Shown one piece after another: positions 26,578-36,565 of a stretch of DNA of 64,000 nt. The position numbers were made by a program, and so were the translations under genes. The stretch's first letter is position 1, and the number at the start of each line of letters is the position of its first letter. The notes beneath the pieces were generated by a model. The model saw only the letters and a list, made by a program, of their open reading frames with translations. It did not search any database and had not been told where the DNA came from. Location: positions 86,910 through 150,909 of the forward strand of contig JADHVL010000006.1 of the NCBI GenBank assembly GCA_016784025.1. The letters are read 5' to 3'. The DNA comes from Fidelibacterota bacterium (GTDB lineage Bacteria; Fidelibacterota; UBA8477; JABMPR01).

Positions 26578-26611
26578 AAAAAGCACCAATTTATCGTGGT
26601 GCTTTTTTTTT
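26578..26611 (+). terminator. Rho-independent terminator
   Basis: AGCACCA (26582-26588) pairs with TGGTGCT (26597-26603), followed by a T9 run. Confidence 0.8.
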
Positions 26612-26673
26612 GTCCTGAAATGCAGATTGTTGGTACCTGGTATTGTCGCATCGCGATGCGACACCACAGGACA
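26611..26673. repeat. Nested palindrome
   Basis: Outer pair TGTCCTG (26611-26617) / CAGGACA (26667-26673). Inner perfect 18-nt palindrome GTCGCATCGCGATGCGAC (26645-26662). Confidence 0.6.
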
Positions 26674-26757
26674 CACAAACAATCTATCGCGAAACTCAAA
26701 TCCCTTCCCTCCATGCCTGTATCACCTATATTGAGCGCAAATGGAAGCTGAAGAGAG

Positions 26758-27711
26758 TTGAATCCCAAAGTCATAGCAGGTGTGGACGAAGCCGGTCGGG
26801 GGCCTTTAGCTGGGCCTGTGGTGGCATCTGCAGTAGTCCTGAATCCTTTAGATATTCCTGAAGGATTAAGAGATTCCAAAAAACTCAGTGAAAAGCGACG
26901 AAACATTCTGGCCAAGGCGATTCGGTCAAAAGCTCTGGCCATCGGTGTAGGTATTGTTCATGAACAGGATATAGATCGGAATAACATTCTTCAGGCTACC
27001 TTTGAAGCCATGCGGCAGGCTATCTCAAAGCTGAATTGTGAATTCACACAAGTGCAGGTAGATGGCAATCATAAAATCCCTGGACTGCCACATGCCCAGG
27101 AATGCATTATTGGTGGAGATGATCTGGTGCCAGAAATAAGCGCGGCCAGCATCATTGCCAAGACCACTCGAGATGCCATGATGATCTCCTATGATAAATT
27201 ATTTCCCCATTACAGTTTTAAGTCTCATAAAGGATATGGGTCCAAAGCGCATATGGAAACCCTGAGAGAACATGGACGAACGCCTGTACACCGTCGCAGT
27301 TTTCGGCCTGTTAATTCCTGTCCCAATAAAAATTACCAATATTTTAATCAGGAATCCTCATACGGACGCATGGGGGAGATCATTGCAGGGATGTTTTTGA
27401 TACGCAATGGATACCATCTTCTGGAACATAGCTACCATGCTGGTCGAGACGGCGAGATAGACCTGATTGCTATAAAAGCCGATGAAGTCATCTTTGTTGA
27501 AGTGAAGAGTTTTGCAGGAGAATCGGATGACACCATGGCCCTTGAACGTGTGACTCCTGGAAAACAGAAGCAAATTGCCAGAATTGCTGAACTGTATCTG
27601 GAGAAGCACGAGGTCGATCAACCCGAATGTAGATTTGACATCATCACTGTAAATTTCTCAGAACCCAAACCACAAATAAATCACTACACCGAAGCATTTT
27701 TACCCCTTTAA
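26758..27711 (+). CDS. rnhB: RNase HII fused to a YraN (UPF0102) PD-(D/E)xK endonuclease-like domain
   Basis: TTG start. The N-terminal ~195 aa carry IAGVDEAGRGPLAGPVV and DSKKLS (RNase HII). The C-terminal ~115 aa carry GRMGEIIAGMFL..GYHLLEHSYH.GRDGEIDLIA...VIFVEVKS (YraN signature). Confidence 0.85.
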   Translation: MNPKVIAGVDEAGRGPLAGPVVASAVVLNPLDIPEGLRDSKKLSEKRRNILAKAIRSKALAIGVGIVHEQDIDRNNILQATFEAMRQAISKLNCEFTQVQVDGNHKIPGLPHAQECIIGGDDLVPEISAASIIAKTTRDAMMISYDKLFPHYSFKSHKGYGSKAHMETLREHGRTPVHRRSFRPVNSCPNKNYQYFNQESSYGRMGEIIAGMFLIRNGYHLLEHSYHAGRDGEIDLIAIKADEVIFVEVKSFAGESDDTMALERVTPGKQKQIARIAELYLEKHEVDQPECRFDIITVNFSEPKPQINHYTEAFLPL

Positions 27712-27722
27712 GGAATCATCAA

Positions 27723-29429
27723 ATGAAAATTATATCTACTCTCTGCTTATCCCTGATCCTTTGTGGTGCTGCATTGGCGACCCAGCCCAGCATCTACGGA
27801 GAGAATGGGGTGGTTGTGGCCCATGATCTTGAAGCCTGTGAAGCTGGTATTGAAATCCTCAAAAAGGGTGGCAACGCAGTGGATGCTGCCGTGGCAGTCA
27901 GTTATGCTCTGGCAGTCACTCATCCTCAGGCAGGCAATATTGGTGGCGGGGGTTTTATGCTCATCCACATGGCTGATGGTCAAAAAGTTGCCATTGACTA
28001 TCGCGAAATGGCTCCAGGACAGGCTCATAGGGACATGTTTCTGGATGATAGTGGGAAAGTGGTTCCACAATTGAGTGTTCGTGGTGGCCTGGCAGCAGGT
28101 GTTCCTGGAACGGTGGCCGGTTTACAGCTTGCTCTGGACAAATATGGCTCGATGTCTCGTAAAAAAGTGATGAAACCCGCCATCAAACTGGCACAAAAGG
28201 GTTTTACCATTCCCTACGATCTGGCTTATTCCTTTGGCTGGTTAAATAAAGCAGCTGAAGGTTTTGATGAAACCAGACGGGTATTTTGCAGAGAGGGTGA
28301 GATTTATATGCCTGGAGAAACCTTCAAACAACCCGATCTGGCGAAAACCTTAAAACTGATTCAGAAAAAGGGTAATGCTGGTTTCTACACTGGGCTAGTC
28401 GCCGAAGCCTTGGTGAAAAGTAGTTCAAAATATGGGGGTAAGATCACAGCTCAAGATCTCACCAATTACAAAGCTAAAATGCGGGAGCCCGTTGTGGGTA
28501 ACTATCGCGGTCTGGAAGTCATCTCTATGCCACCACCCAGTTCAGGGGGCATTGCACTTATTTCCATGCTCAATATGATGGAGCCTATGGTCTTTGATTC
28601 AGTGGGCTGGCATTCTGCTCAGCATATTCAGATGTTGAGTGAGGTAGAGAAGCGAGCTTATGCTGATAGGAGTGTATGGCTTGGTGACTCAGATTATTTT
28701 GAAGTTCCTCAGGAAAAGCTGCTTTCAAAGGAGTACGCATCCCTGCGTATGGCAGATTATGATAGTCTTTCAGTAACGCCAAGTGATTCTATTTATCCAT
28801 TGAATGACAAGGACTTAGCAAGTATAGAACTGGCCGGTCATGAAAGCGAAGAGACCACTCATTTTTCTGTGATGGATAAATGGGGGAATGCAGTCAGTGT
28901 TACCACCACCTTAAATTGGTCTTTCGGATCCTATGTAACGGTAGAAGGCTTTGGCTTCCTTTTGAACAACGAAATGGATGACTTCAGCTCAAAACCTGGT
29001 GAACCCAATTCATTTGGACTTATTGGGAACGAGGCCAATGCCATTGAGCCAAAAAAACGTATGCTTTCAAGTATGACTCCTACCATTCTGGCTCAAGATG
29101 GCAAGGTAGTTCTCGTAGTAGGTGCGCCAGGTGGATCAACTATCATTACTACTGTTTTACAGGTCATCCACAATATAGTAGATTTTGGGATGCCTGTACA
29201 TGATGCTGTCAATGTCCCCAGATTTCATCATCAATGGCGTCCAGATGTTATCCACTATGGTCCTGGAGCCATCAGTCCCGATACCAGGGTACTTCTTGAA
29301 GCCATGGGCTATGAATTGGTCCCACGCTATGGTTATGGCGAGGTGAATGCTATTTCTCGTGATAAAATATTTGGGGGCTGGATTGGCGCACCAGATCTGA
29401 AAACTGCTTCACATGGAGCAGCATACTAG
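27723..29429 (+). CDS. ggt: Gamma-glutamyltranspeptidase
   Basis: Signal peptide present. GGNAVDAAVA, GNIGGGGFM and the autoprocessing site ETTHFSVMDKWGNAVS. GAPGGSTIITTV near the C-terminus. Confidence 0.9.
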   Translation: MKIISTLCLSLILCGAALATQPSIYGENGVVVAHDLEACEAGIEILKKGGNAVDAAVAVSYALAVTHPQAGNIGGGGFMLIHMADGQKVAIDYREMAPGQAHRDMFLDDSGKVVPQLSVRGGLAAGVPGTVAGLQLALDKYGSMSRKKVMKPAIKLAQKGFTIPYDLAYSFGWLNKAAEGFDETRRVFCREGEIYMPGETFKQPDLAKTLKLIQKKGNAGFYTGLVAEALVKSSSKYGGKITAQDLTNYKAKMREPVVGNYRGLEVISMPPPSSGGIALISMLNMMEPMVFDSVGWHSAQHIQMLSEVEKRAYADRSVWLGDSDYFEVPQEKLLSKEYASLRMADYDSLSVTPSDSIYPLNDKDLASIELAGHESEETTHFSVMDKWGNAVSVTTTLNWSFGSYVTVEGFGFLLNNEMDDFSSKPGEPNSFGLIGNEANAIEPKKRMLSSMTPTILAQDGKVVLVVGAPGGSTIITTVLQVIHNIVDFGMPVHDAVNVPRFHHQWRPDVIHYGPGAISPDTRVLLEAMGYELVPRYGYGEVNAISRDKIFGGWIGAPDLKTASHGAAY

Positions 29430-29533
29430 ATCATCCTATTTGGACAAAAAAATCTGAACTTTTTAAAATATATACCGTTGAAAGAGAGTCGTCGCATTAA
29501 CATGGCACGCAGCGAAGATCAGGAGATCGAATT

Positions 29534-30430
29534 TTGAGTGAAAAAGAAAAACAAGCCAAACGATCCAGAAATAGCAGTGCTTTTCGGGGGCTCATGCATA
29601 TTATTGTTTCGGTGCTGATCCTCAGGGCTACAGTCATCGAAGCCTACAATGTGCCTACTGGATCCATGGAAACCACCATCAAAATTGGTGACTTCATTCT
29701 CGGTAACAAATTCATCTATGGTATCAGGACGCCCGATTGGATCGGTATACCCTGGACAAATTTTGGATTTTCTGTACCCTACTATCGTCTTCCTGGATTT
29801 GAAGAACCAAAAACCGGTGATGTTGTTATTTTTCGCTATCCCAATGACAAATGGCCGGGGCTACAAATTGGTCCCCATGACCCCAGCTTGAACTATATCA
29901 AGCGGTGTATTGCTGGACCTGGCCAATCTCTGGAAATTATTGAGAAAGATGTTTTCGTGGATGGCGTGCAGTTTGATCTGCCAGAACATGGACGTGCTTC
30001 CAAGTTGAATGTATATGATGACGAGTATGCTGAGCGGATGATTTTCCCGCCGGGAATAGGAAATCGTGATTATTTTGGCCCCCTTCATATCCCTGCAGCA
30101 GGGGATACGCTAATCTTTAGTGAGTTGAACCTCAATCATGCCGTGAATGTGATCTCCCTGGAAGGGCACGAGGTGACTCCGGGCATTTCAGGACGCTTGA
30201 AAGTTGATGGGGAGTCAGTTGATTCCTATATTTGCGAACAGAATCACTATTTCATGATGGGTGACAATCGCGATAATTCCCATGATAGTCGCTATTGGGG
30301 GCTGGTACCAGAATCGAATATTATCGGGGAAGCAATTATAACCTATCTCAGTTGGGAGCAAACCGAGCCAAATTTATTAAAGCGTATCTTCAAAATACGC
30401 CCAAGCAGGATGTTTAGACTCATTGACTAG
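29534..30430 (+). CDS. lepB: Signal peptidase I
   Basis: TTG start with AGGAG 8 nt upstream. Boxes GSMETT, KRCIAGPG and GDNRDNSHDSRYWG. Confidence 0.9.
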   Translation: MSEKEKQAKRSRNSSAFRGLMHIIVSVLILRATVIEAYNVPTGSMETTIKIGDFILGNKFIYGIRTPDWIGIPWTNFGFSVPYYRLPGFEEPKTGDVVIFRYPNDKWPGLQIGPHDPSLNYIKRCIAGPGQSLEIIEKDVFVDGVQFDLPEHGRASKLNVYDDEYAERMIFPPGIGNRDYFGPLHIPAAGDTLIFSELNLNHAVNVISLEGHEVTPGISGRLKVDGESVDSYICEQNHYFMMGDNRDNSHDSRYWGLVPESNIIGEAIITYLSWEQTEPNLLKRIFKIRPSRMFRLID

Positions 30431-30452
30431 TTCCTGCTCACATAATCTCTTA

Positions 30453-30485
30453 CAAAGCACTGCCCTTGGTGGTGCTTTTTTTTAT
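30453..30485 (+). terminator. Rho-independent terminator
   Basis: AAAGCAC ... GTGCTTT stem followed by a T-run immediately after lepB. Confidence 0.7.
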
Positions 30486-30499
30486 CAAAGAAACTATCC

Positions 30500-30580
30500 A
30501 CCGTCATCCCGAGCGGAGTCGAGGGACATCGATCCGATATACCAGGGGTAGTATCCCTCGACTCCGCTCGGGATGACGGT
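30500..30580. repeat. Perfect 27-bp inverted-repeat element (same family as 4477..4552)
   Basis: ACCGTCATCCCGAGCGGAGTCGAGGGA (30500-30526) is the exact reverse complement of 30554-30580. The spacer is 27 nt. Confidence 0.95.
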
Positions 30581-30723
30581 CTGAAGCATACCCCCATGAA
30601 ATGAATTTCTACATAATATGAATTTCCATACTTCCATATTGAGGTGTTGCTAACTATAATAACGCGTTCTTTGCGAAGTATTTAATCATTATTTAAGTAG
30701 TATTGCTAACTCATTGAGGCACA

Positions 30724-33339
30724 ATGACATCACAAGAAATTCGTAATCAGTTTATACAGTTCTTTCAGGATAAAAATCATAAATTCATACGTAGTGCAGG
30801 TGTGGTTCCTTTTGATGATCCCACTTTGCTATTTACCAATGCGGGAATGAATCAGTTTAAAGGCATCTTTCTGGAGACAGAAATAGCAGAACACTCCCGA
30901 GCAGTAAATTCTCAAAAATGTATCCGGGTCAGTGGTAAACACAATGACCTGGAAGAAGTGGGTCTTGACACCTATCACCATACTTTTTTTGAAATGCTGG
31001 GGAATTGGAGTTTTGGCGATTATTACAAATCAGAAGCCATTCAATGGGCCTGGGAATTGTTCACAGAAGTTTGGAAGATTCCTACAGATAAGCTGTATGC
31101 TACAGTATATAAAGATGATGATGAAGCATTCGAACTATGGGAAACTCTAACAGATATTCCTCGAGACCATATATTGCGCTTTGGCAACAAAGACAATTTC
31201 TGGGAAATGGGGGAAACCGGTCCTTGTGGTCCTTGTTCTGAAATTCATGTGGATATTGGTGGGGACCCTGCCATCCATGGCTCTCATCCCGAATTAGGGG
31301 TGAATACTGACAATCCTCGCTTCATGGAGCTGTGGAATCTGGTGTTTATTCAATATTTTCGAGATCAGGCAGGTGAATTGACAGAATTGCCAAATAAGCA
31401 TGTCGATACCGGAGCAGGACTTGAGCGGGTGGTTGCATACCTTCAGGGGAAGGATAGTAACTACGACACAGACTTATTTACTCCCATTCTTGATGAAATA
31501 TCCAGTCTCTCTGAGATTGCCTACAAAAGTGATGAACAGGGTATGGCTCATCGTGTCATTGCTGATCATATTCGAATGTTGACTTTTTCCATCTCTGATG
31601 GCGCTCTGCCCTCCAATGATGGTCGTGGGTATGTCTTGCGTCGCATATTGCGCAGAGCAGCCCGATATGGACGAAATTTGGGTATGGATGATGCCTTCCT
31701 CTATAAACTTGTTCCAACTGTGGTGGCTGTCATGGGTGATGCATATCCAGAGCTCCACGAACGCGTCGCCTATATACAGAAAGTTATCAAATCTGAGGAA
31801 GATTCCTTTAGTCAGACTCTGGGAAGGGGATTACAGATTTTTGCTGGTATGGTAAAAGATGCAAAATCAGCCGGTCAGACCACACTTACTGGTGAAAATG
31901 TCTTCAAACTCTATGATACCTTTGGATTTCCTGTAGATCTGACCAGTCTCATGGCTGATGAAGAAGGCTTTAGTGTTGATCTAGAATCATTCGAAGCCTT
32001 GATGAGTTCTCAACGAGACAAAGCACGTCAGGCCACGCAACTCAAGCAAACCCATACCCAGGGTAGTGATTGGGAATTTGTGAGGGCTGGGGAGCATTCA
32101 GAATTCCTGGGATATACCCATCCAAAATTGGATACCACCATTGCCCAGGTCATGAAGTCCGATAAAGAAATTTATATCGTCTTGACTCAGACACCCTTTT
32201 ACGCAGAAAGCGGTGGTCAGGTAGGTGATACAGGCCGTATCTATAATGCAAATATGGAATTAGAGGTTCTGGATACTCGCCGTGAGGGTGATGCCATAGT
32301 CCATGTGACAAACCTGGTTTCAGGTGAATTCAATACAGATTCTGTGATTGCCATAATCGACTCAACGCGACGTGGCGATATTATCCGAAATCACTCTGCT
32401 ACCCATTTATTAAATGCTGCCCTGAGAAAAATTCTCGGTGACCATGTCAAACAAGCTGGTTCTCTGGTGGATGATAAGCATCTACGATTTGACTTTAACC
32501 ATTTTGAAAAAATGACGACAGAAGAAATTAACAAAGCCGAACGACTGGTGAATGCTGAAATCAGAAAGAATAACCCTGCCAGCATTCGCAATATGAGTTT
32601 TGACGATGCCAGGACTGAAGGTGCTCTGGCCTTCTTTGGTGAGAAATATGGTGATGAGGTCCGCACTGTCAAGTTTGGTGAATACAGTCATGAACTGTGT
32701 GGTGGTGTCCATGTACAGGCTACAGGGGATATCGGGTTTTTCCGTATCGAATTTGAAGCTGCCATTGCAGCAGGAGTCCGCAGAATTGAAGCAGTTACAG
32801 GAAAAATCGCTGAAGAAAATGCCCGGGTGGAAAGATCAGCCATTAATCATCTCCGTCATTTACTCACCTCAGATGTTGAAGATTTAGCTGAAAAGACTCA
32901 ACATTTGATGGATGAAAAGAAAGCATTGGAAAAACAGGTCAAAGTTTTGTCCTTTGATCAGGCTGCTTCTGTTCTCACTGATATTCTTGGAAATTCACAA
33001 TCCATCGGAGGGGTGAACGTATTAAGTGAGGTAGTGGAAGTATCTGACACAGAGGCACTTAAGGATCTTGGCTCAGAGCTCATTCGACAAATGAAAAGTG
33101 GTTTGGGAGTGTTAGGCACGGTCATTGATGGATCACCTTATGTGGTCTGTGTTGTTTCTGATGATGTGATTGCGCAACATAAATTGAAGGCTGGAGACAT
33201 CGTACGTGAACTGGGCCAGAAGTTGGGTGGTGGCGGTGGTGGAAAACCACAAATGGCCACGGCTGGTGGTAAGGATGCCACTGCACTAAATTCAGTAATT
33301 GCAGGTGTGTTTGAATTGATAGGAGAACGTTTGGGATGA
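30724..33339 (+). CDS. alaS: Alanine--tRNA ligase
   Basis: FTNAGMNQFK, HHTFFEMLGNWSFGDYYK, editing-domain HSATHLL and the C-terminal GGGGGKPQMATAGG. Confidence 0.95.
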   Translation: MTSQEIRNQFIQFFQDKNHKFIRSAGVVPFDDPTLLFTNAGMNQFKGIFLETEIAEHSRAVNSQKCIRVSGKHNDLEEVGLDTYHHTFFEMLGNWSFGDYYKSEAIQWAWELFTEVWKIPTDKLYATVYKDDDEAFELWETLTDIPRDHILRFGNKDNFWEMGETGPCGPCSEIHVDIGGDPAIHGSHPELGVNTDNPRFMELWNLVFIQYFRDQAGELTELPNKHVDTGAGLERVVAYLQGKDSNYDTDLFTPILDEISSLSEIAYKSDEQGMAHRVIADHIRMLTFSISDGALPSNDGRGYVLRRILRRAARYGRNLGMDDAFLYKLVPTVVAVMGDAYPELHERVAYIQKVIKSEEDSFSQTLGRGLQIFAGMVKDAKSAGQTTLTGENVFKLYDTFGFPVDLTSLMADEEGFSVDLESFEALMSSQRDKARQATQLKQTHTQGSDWEFVRAGEHSEFLGYTHPKLDTTIAQVMKSDKEIYIVLTQTPFYAESGGQVGDTGRIYNANMELEVLDTRREGDAIVHVTNLVSGEFNTDSVIAIIDSTRRGDIIRNHSATHLLNAALRKILGDHVKQAGSLVDDKHLRFDFNHFEKMTTEEINKAERLVNAEIRKNNPASIRNMSFDDARTEGALAFFGEKYGDEVRTVKFGEYSHELCGGVHVQATGDIGFFRIEFEAAIAAGVRRIEAVTGKIAEENARVERSAINHLRHLLTSDVEDLAEKTQHLMDEKKALEKQVKVLSFDQAASVLTDILGNSQSIGGVNVLSEVVEVSDTEALKDLGSELIRQMKSGLGVLGTVIDGSPYVVCVVSDDVIAQHKLKAGDIVRELGQKLGGGGGGKPQMATAGGKDATALNSVIAGVFELIGERLG

Positions 33340-34772
33340 AAAAAGCTCAATTAATCATTGAAAAATCCACGACTGGACAGGTTGCTACATCCATCCCAGC
33401 TTTAGATGTGCCAGAAAAAGTCATAAGTGATCTCATTCCCTCAAAGTACCTAAGAGCAAACGCTCCACGCCTTCCAGAAGTTTCTGAACCAGAACTGGTT
33501 CGCCATTATATTGGTATTTCAACCAAGAATCATCATGTGGACAAAGATCTCTATCCTCTTGGTTCCTGTACAATGAAATACAACCCCAAAATTAATGATT
33601 GGACCGCCTCAGTTCTGGCAGAAGTTCATCCCTATCAACCCGAAGAATTGAGTCAGGGCTTACTTGGGGTCTACCATGAGTTGGAACAGCAGTTATGTGC
33701 TATCACGGGTATGACGGCATTTACACTCCAACCCGCCGCTGGATCACAGGGTGAACTGGTGGGTGTACTGCTTATGCGGAAATATCATGAATTGCGAGGA
33801 AATGACAAAGATGTCATCCTCATTCCATCAGCAGCCCACGGTACCAATCCAGCTTCTGTTGCCATGGCCGGGTATAAGGTCGTTGAGATTAAGAGTAACT
33901 CAAAGGGGCTGGTAGATCTGGAAGATTTCGAATCCAAAATTAATGATCGTGTCGCCGGATTTATGCTGACCAATCCCAATACTCTGGGACTATTTGAGGA
34001 AAACATTAGCAAAATTTCAGAGCTCATTCATGCTGTGGATGGTATCATGTACATGGATGGGGCCAATATGAATGCCCTTCTGGGTATCACACGCCCGGCA
34101 GACCTGGGATTTGATATCACCCATCTGAATCTTCACAAAACTTTTTCAACTCCCCACGGAGGTGGTGGTCCCGGAGCTGGTCCCATTGGTGTAACTGATA
34201 AACTTGCAGCCTATCTCCCCAGACCCCGTGTTGAGCTGCATGAGGATAAATATCATTTAGAATATGGCTATGAACAGAGTATTGGGCGAGTACATGGGTT
34301 CTATGGAAATTTTGGCATCTTACTGCGTGCCTGGACCTATATCAGAATGTTGGGTCCAGATGGTCTAAAGAATATTTCAGAAATTGCCATTTCCAACGCC
34401 AACTACATGATGCACAAACTGAAAGATGTTTTTGAGCTGGCCTACGATAGAACCTGCCTCCATGAATTTGTTCTCTCTGCTCAAGCACAGAAGGAAAAGG
34501 GGACCAACGCCCTCCATATAGCCAAACGTCTTCTGGACTTTGGATTTCACTCACCAACCATGTATTTCCCCCTCATTGTGAAAGAAGCCCTCATGATTGA
34601 ACCCACTGAGAGTGAGAATAAGGAAACTATGGATCGATTTATCTCAGTCATGAAACAAATTGCTGAAGAAGTGGAAACAAATCCTGAAATGGTACAATCC
34701 GCACCACATTCCACACCTATTGGGAAGGTCGATGAAACCTATGCCAACCGCAATTTGAACGTTCGCTGGTAG
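33336..34772 (+). CDS. gcvPB: Glycine dehydrogenase (decarboxylating) subunit 2
   Basis: LPEVSEPELVRHY, YPLGSCTMKYNPKIN and NLHKTFSTPHGGGGPG (PLP lysine region). ATGA overlap with alaS. Confidence 0.9.
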   Translation: MKKAQLIIEKSTTGQVATSIPALDVPEKVISDLIPSKYLRANAPRLPEVSEPELVRHYIGISTKNHHVDKDLYPLGSCTMKYNPKINDWTASVLAEVHPYQPEELSQGLLGVYHELEQQLCAITGMTAFTLQPAAGSQGELVGVLLMRKYHELRGNDKDVILIPSAAHGTNPASVAMAGYKVVEIKSNSKGLVDLEDFESKINDRVAGFMLTNPNTLGLFEENISKISELIHAVDGIMYMDGANMNALLGITRPADLGFDITHLNLHKTFSTPHGGGGPGAGPIGVTDKLAAYLPRPRVELHEDKYHLEYGYEQSIGRVHGFYGNFGILLRAWTYIRMLGPDGLKNISEIAISNANYMMHKLKDVFELAYDRTCLHEFVLSAQAQKEKGTNALHIAKRLLDFGFHSPTMYFPLIVKEALMIEPTESENKETMDRFISVMKQIAEEVETNPEMVQSAPHSTPIGKVDETYANRNLNVRW

Positions 34773-34773
34773 A

Positions 34774-36021
34774 ATGGCCTTCAACTACATAAATAAACGG
34801 CTCCACTGTGATGGAGTTGATTTGGCTGACCTTGCTGAGAAATACGGAACCCCTGGGTACATCTATTCAGAACAAATCCTCAGACGCAATGCCGAGGTGC
34901 TAAAAAAGCTATTTATTGATCGTGGATTTAAGGTTTCCTACGCCATGAAAGCCAATTCCAATCCCAACATCCTAAACCTTTTTAAAGAATACGGAATGGG
35001 TGTAGACATCGTCTCTGAAGGCGAATTCAAGATGGCACAGCACTGTGGCTTTGAAGGTTCGGAGATCAATTTTGCCGGTGTAGGCAAGACCATGGACGAA
35101 TTGGATATGGCGCTGAAATTTGATATTGATCATTTTAATGTGGAAAGTCGCTTTGAGTTGGAGTTGCTTGAGACACGAGCCAAAATAGTTGGCAAAAAAG
35201 CAGCGGTCCTGCTCCGCTTGAATCCTGATATCGATCCACAGACCCATCCCCATATCTCAACTGGATTAAAACAGAATAAATTTGGGATGAGCCCTGAAAA
35301 GGTAAGGCATATCCTTACCCATGCAGAATCATATCCCCATATAGAGTTTGATGGCATTCATTGTCACATCGGCTCGCAAATCGTTCAACCACAACCGTTT
35401 TTTGATCTCATTGACTATCTACAACAATTCACATCCTCACTACGCGCAGAAGGTGTTGAATTCTCACATATCGACCTAGGTGGTGGTTTTGGCGTAAACT
35501 ATGAGGATCCATTCGAGGATATCCTAGAAACCACGCCCTTTCTTGAATCGATTGCAGATCTAGCCCTGGAGAAATTAGGTGAATACCAGCTTCATATTCA
35601 ACCTGGGCGGGTTCTGGTAGCTAATGCTGGTCTCCTGTTAGCCCGTGTCCTGGGAAACAAGGAAAATGGTGGACATCATTTTGTCATCATCGATGGTGCC
35701 ACGACGGATCTGATCCGTCCAGCCTTGTATGGCGCCTACCATGCGGTTTATTCACACCTGGAAGATCGCCCCATGCTGATGGGAGATGTTGTTGGACCAG
35801 TTTGTGAAAGTTCTGATGCTTTAGCGAGAAACCGAGAAATACCTGAGTTTGAGAAAGATGATCTCATAATTATTGGGTCAGCTGGTGCTTACGCCAGTTC
35901 CATGGGATCTACATACAATATGCGACCCTTATCACCCGAAATAATGGTTCGGTTATCAGGAGCAACACAACTCCTGCGTAAACGTCAGTCTTTTGACGAA
36001 ATGATTTCGCTCTACCCTTAG
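34774..36021 (+). CDS. lysA: Diaminopimelate decarboxylase
   Basis: YAMKANSNPNIL (PLP Lys), HCHIGSQI, DLGGGFGV, GPVCESSD and GAYASSMGSTYN. Confidence 0.9.
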   Translation: MAFNYINKRLHCDGVDLADLAEKYGTPGYIYSEQILRRNAEVLKKLFIDRGFKVSYAMKANSNPNILNLFKEYGMGVDIVSEGEFKMAQHCGFEGSEINFAGVGKTMDELDMALKFDIDHFNVESRFELELLETRAKIVGKKAAVLLRLNPDIDPQTHPHISTGLKQNKFGMSPEKVRHILTHAESYPHIEFDGIHCHIGSQIVQPQPFFDLIDYLQQFTSSLRAEGVEFSHIDLGGGFGVNYEDPFEDILETTPFLESIADLALEKLGEYQLHIQPGRVLVANAGLLLARVLGNKENGGHHFVIIDGATTDLIRPALYGAYHAVYSHLEDRPMLMGDVVGPVCESSDALARNREIPEFEKDDLIIIGSAGAYASSMGSTYNMRPLSPEIMVRLSGATQLLRKRQSFDEMISLYP

Positions 36022-36179
36022 ATTAATCGCCATGCTTAGACTCTCGCTGTTACCCTAAGGGAGAAGTTGACAATGACTAAAGCAAGTGCTTACTTATATT
36101 ATAAGCCAATTAGGTAGCCAGAATGCTTTACCATTATCTTGTAACTGACTGAGTAACAACAATATAATAGGATGTTATC

Positions 36180-36560
36180 ATGAAAAATATAATTCACACA
36201 GATGCGGCTCCAGCTGCCATAGGGCCATATAATCAGGCTGTTGAGATTAATGGATTGATTTACACTGCAGGCCAGATTCCATTGGATCCGGCAACAGGGA
36301 AACTGGTTGAGACTTCATTTTCTGACCGTGTGTATCAGGTTATGAATAACCTCAAGGCTATCCTGGAAGCTGCTGGCAGCGATTTTTCCAAAGTGGTTAA
36401 AACTAATATTTATGTTACGGATCTGGGACAATATGCAGAGCTTAATCGCATATATGGTGAATTCTTTCCAGGTGATGACGCACCAGCCAGAGCCGCTGTT
36501 CAGGTAGCTGGATTACCACTAGGGACTGATGTCGAAATAGAGATGGTTGCTTATAAATAG
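36180..36560 (+). CDS. RidA/YjgF-family reactive-intermediate deaminase
   Basis: 126 aa. PAAIGPYNQA, GQIPLDP and PARAAVQVAGLPLG..VEIE. Confidence 0.85.
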   Translation: MKNIIHTDAAPAAIGPYNQAVEINGLIYTAGQIPLDPATGKLVETSFSDRVYQVMNNLKAILEAAGSDFSKVVKTNIYVTDLGQYAELNRIYGEFFPGDDAPARAAVQVAGLPLGTDVEIEMVAYK

Positions 36561-36565
36561 AGAAA

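Noticed and set aside
30581-30723. T-box or other riboswitch leader upstream of alaS
   Set aside because: Only short repeats (ATGAATTTC x2, TTGCTAACT x2) and a TATAAT-like hexamer are visible. There is no specifier or T-box conserved sequence, and the region is too short.
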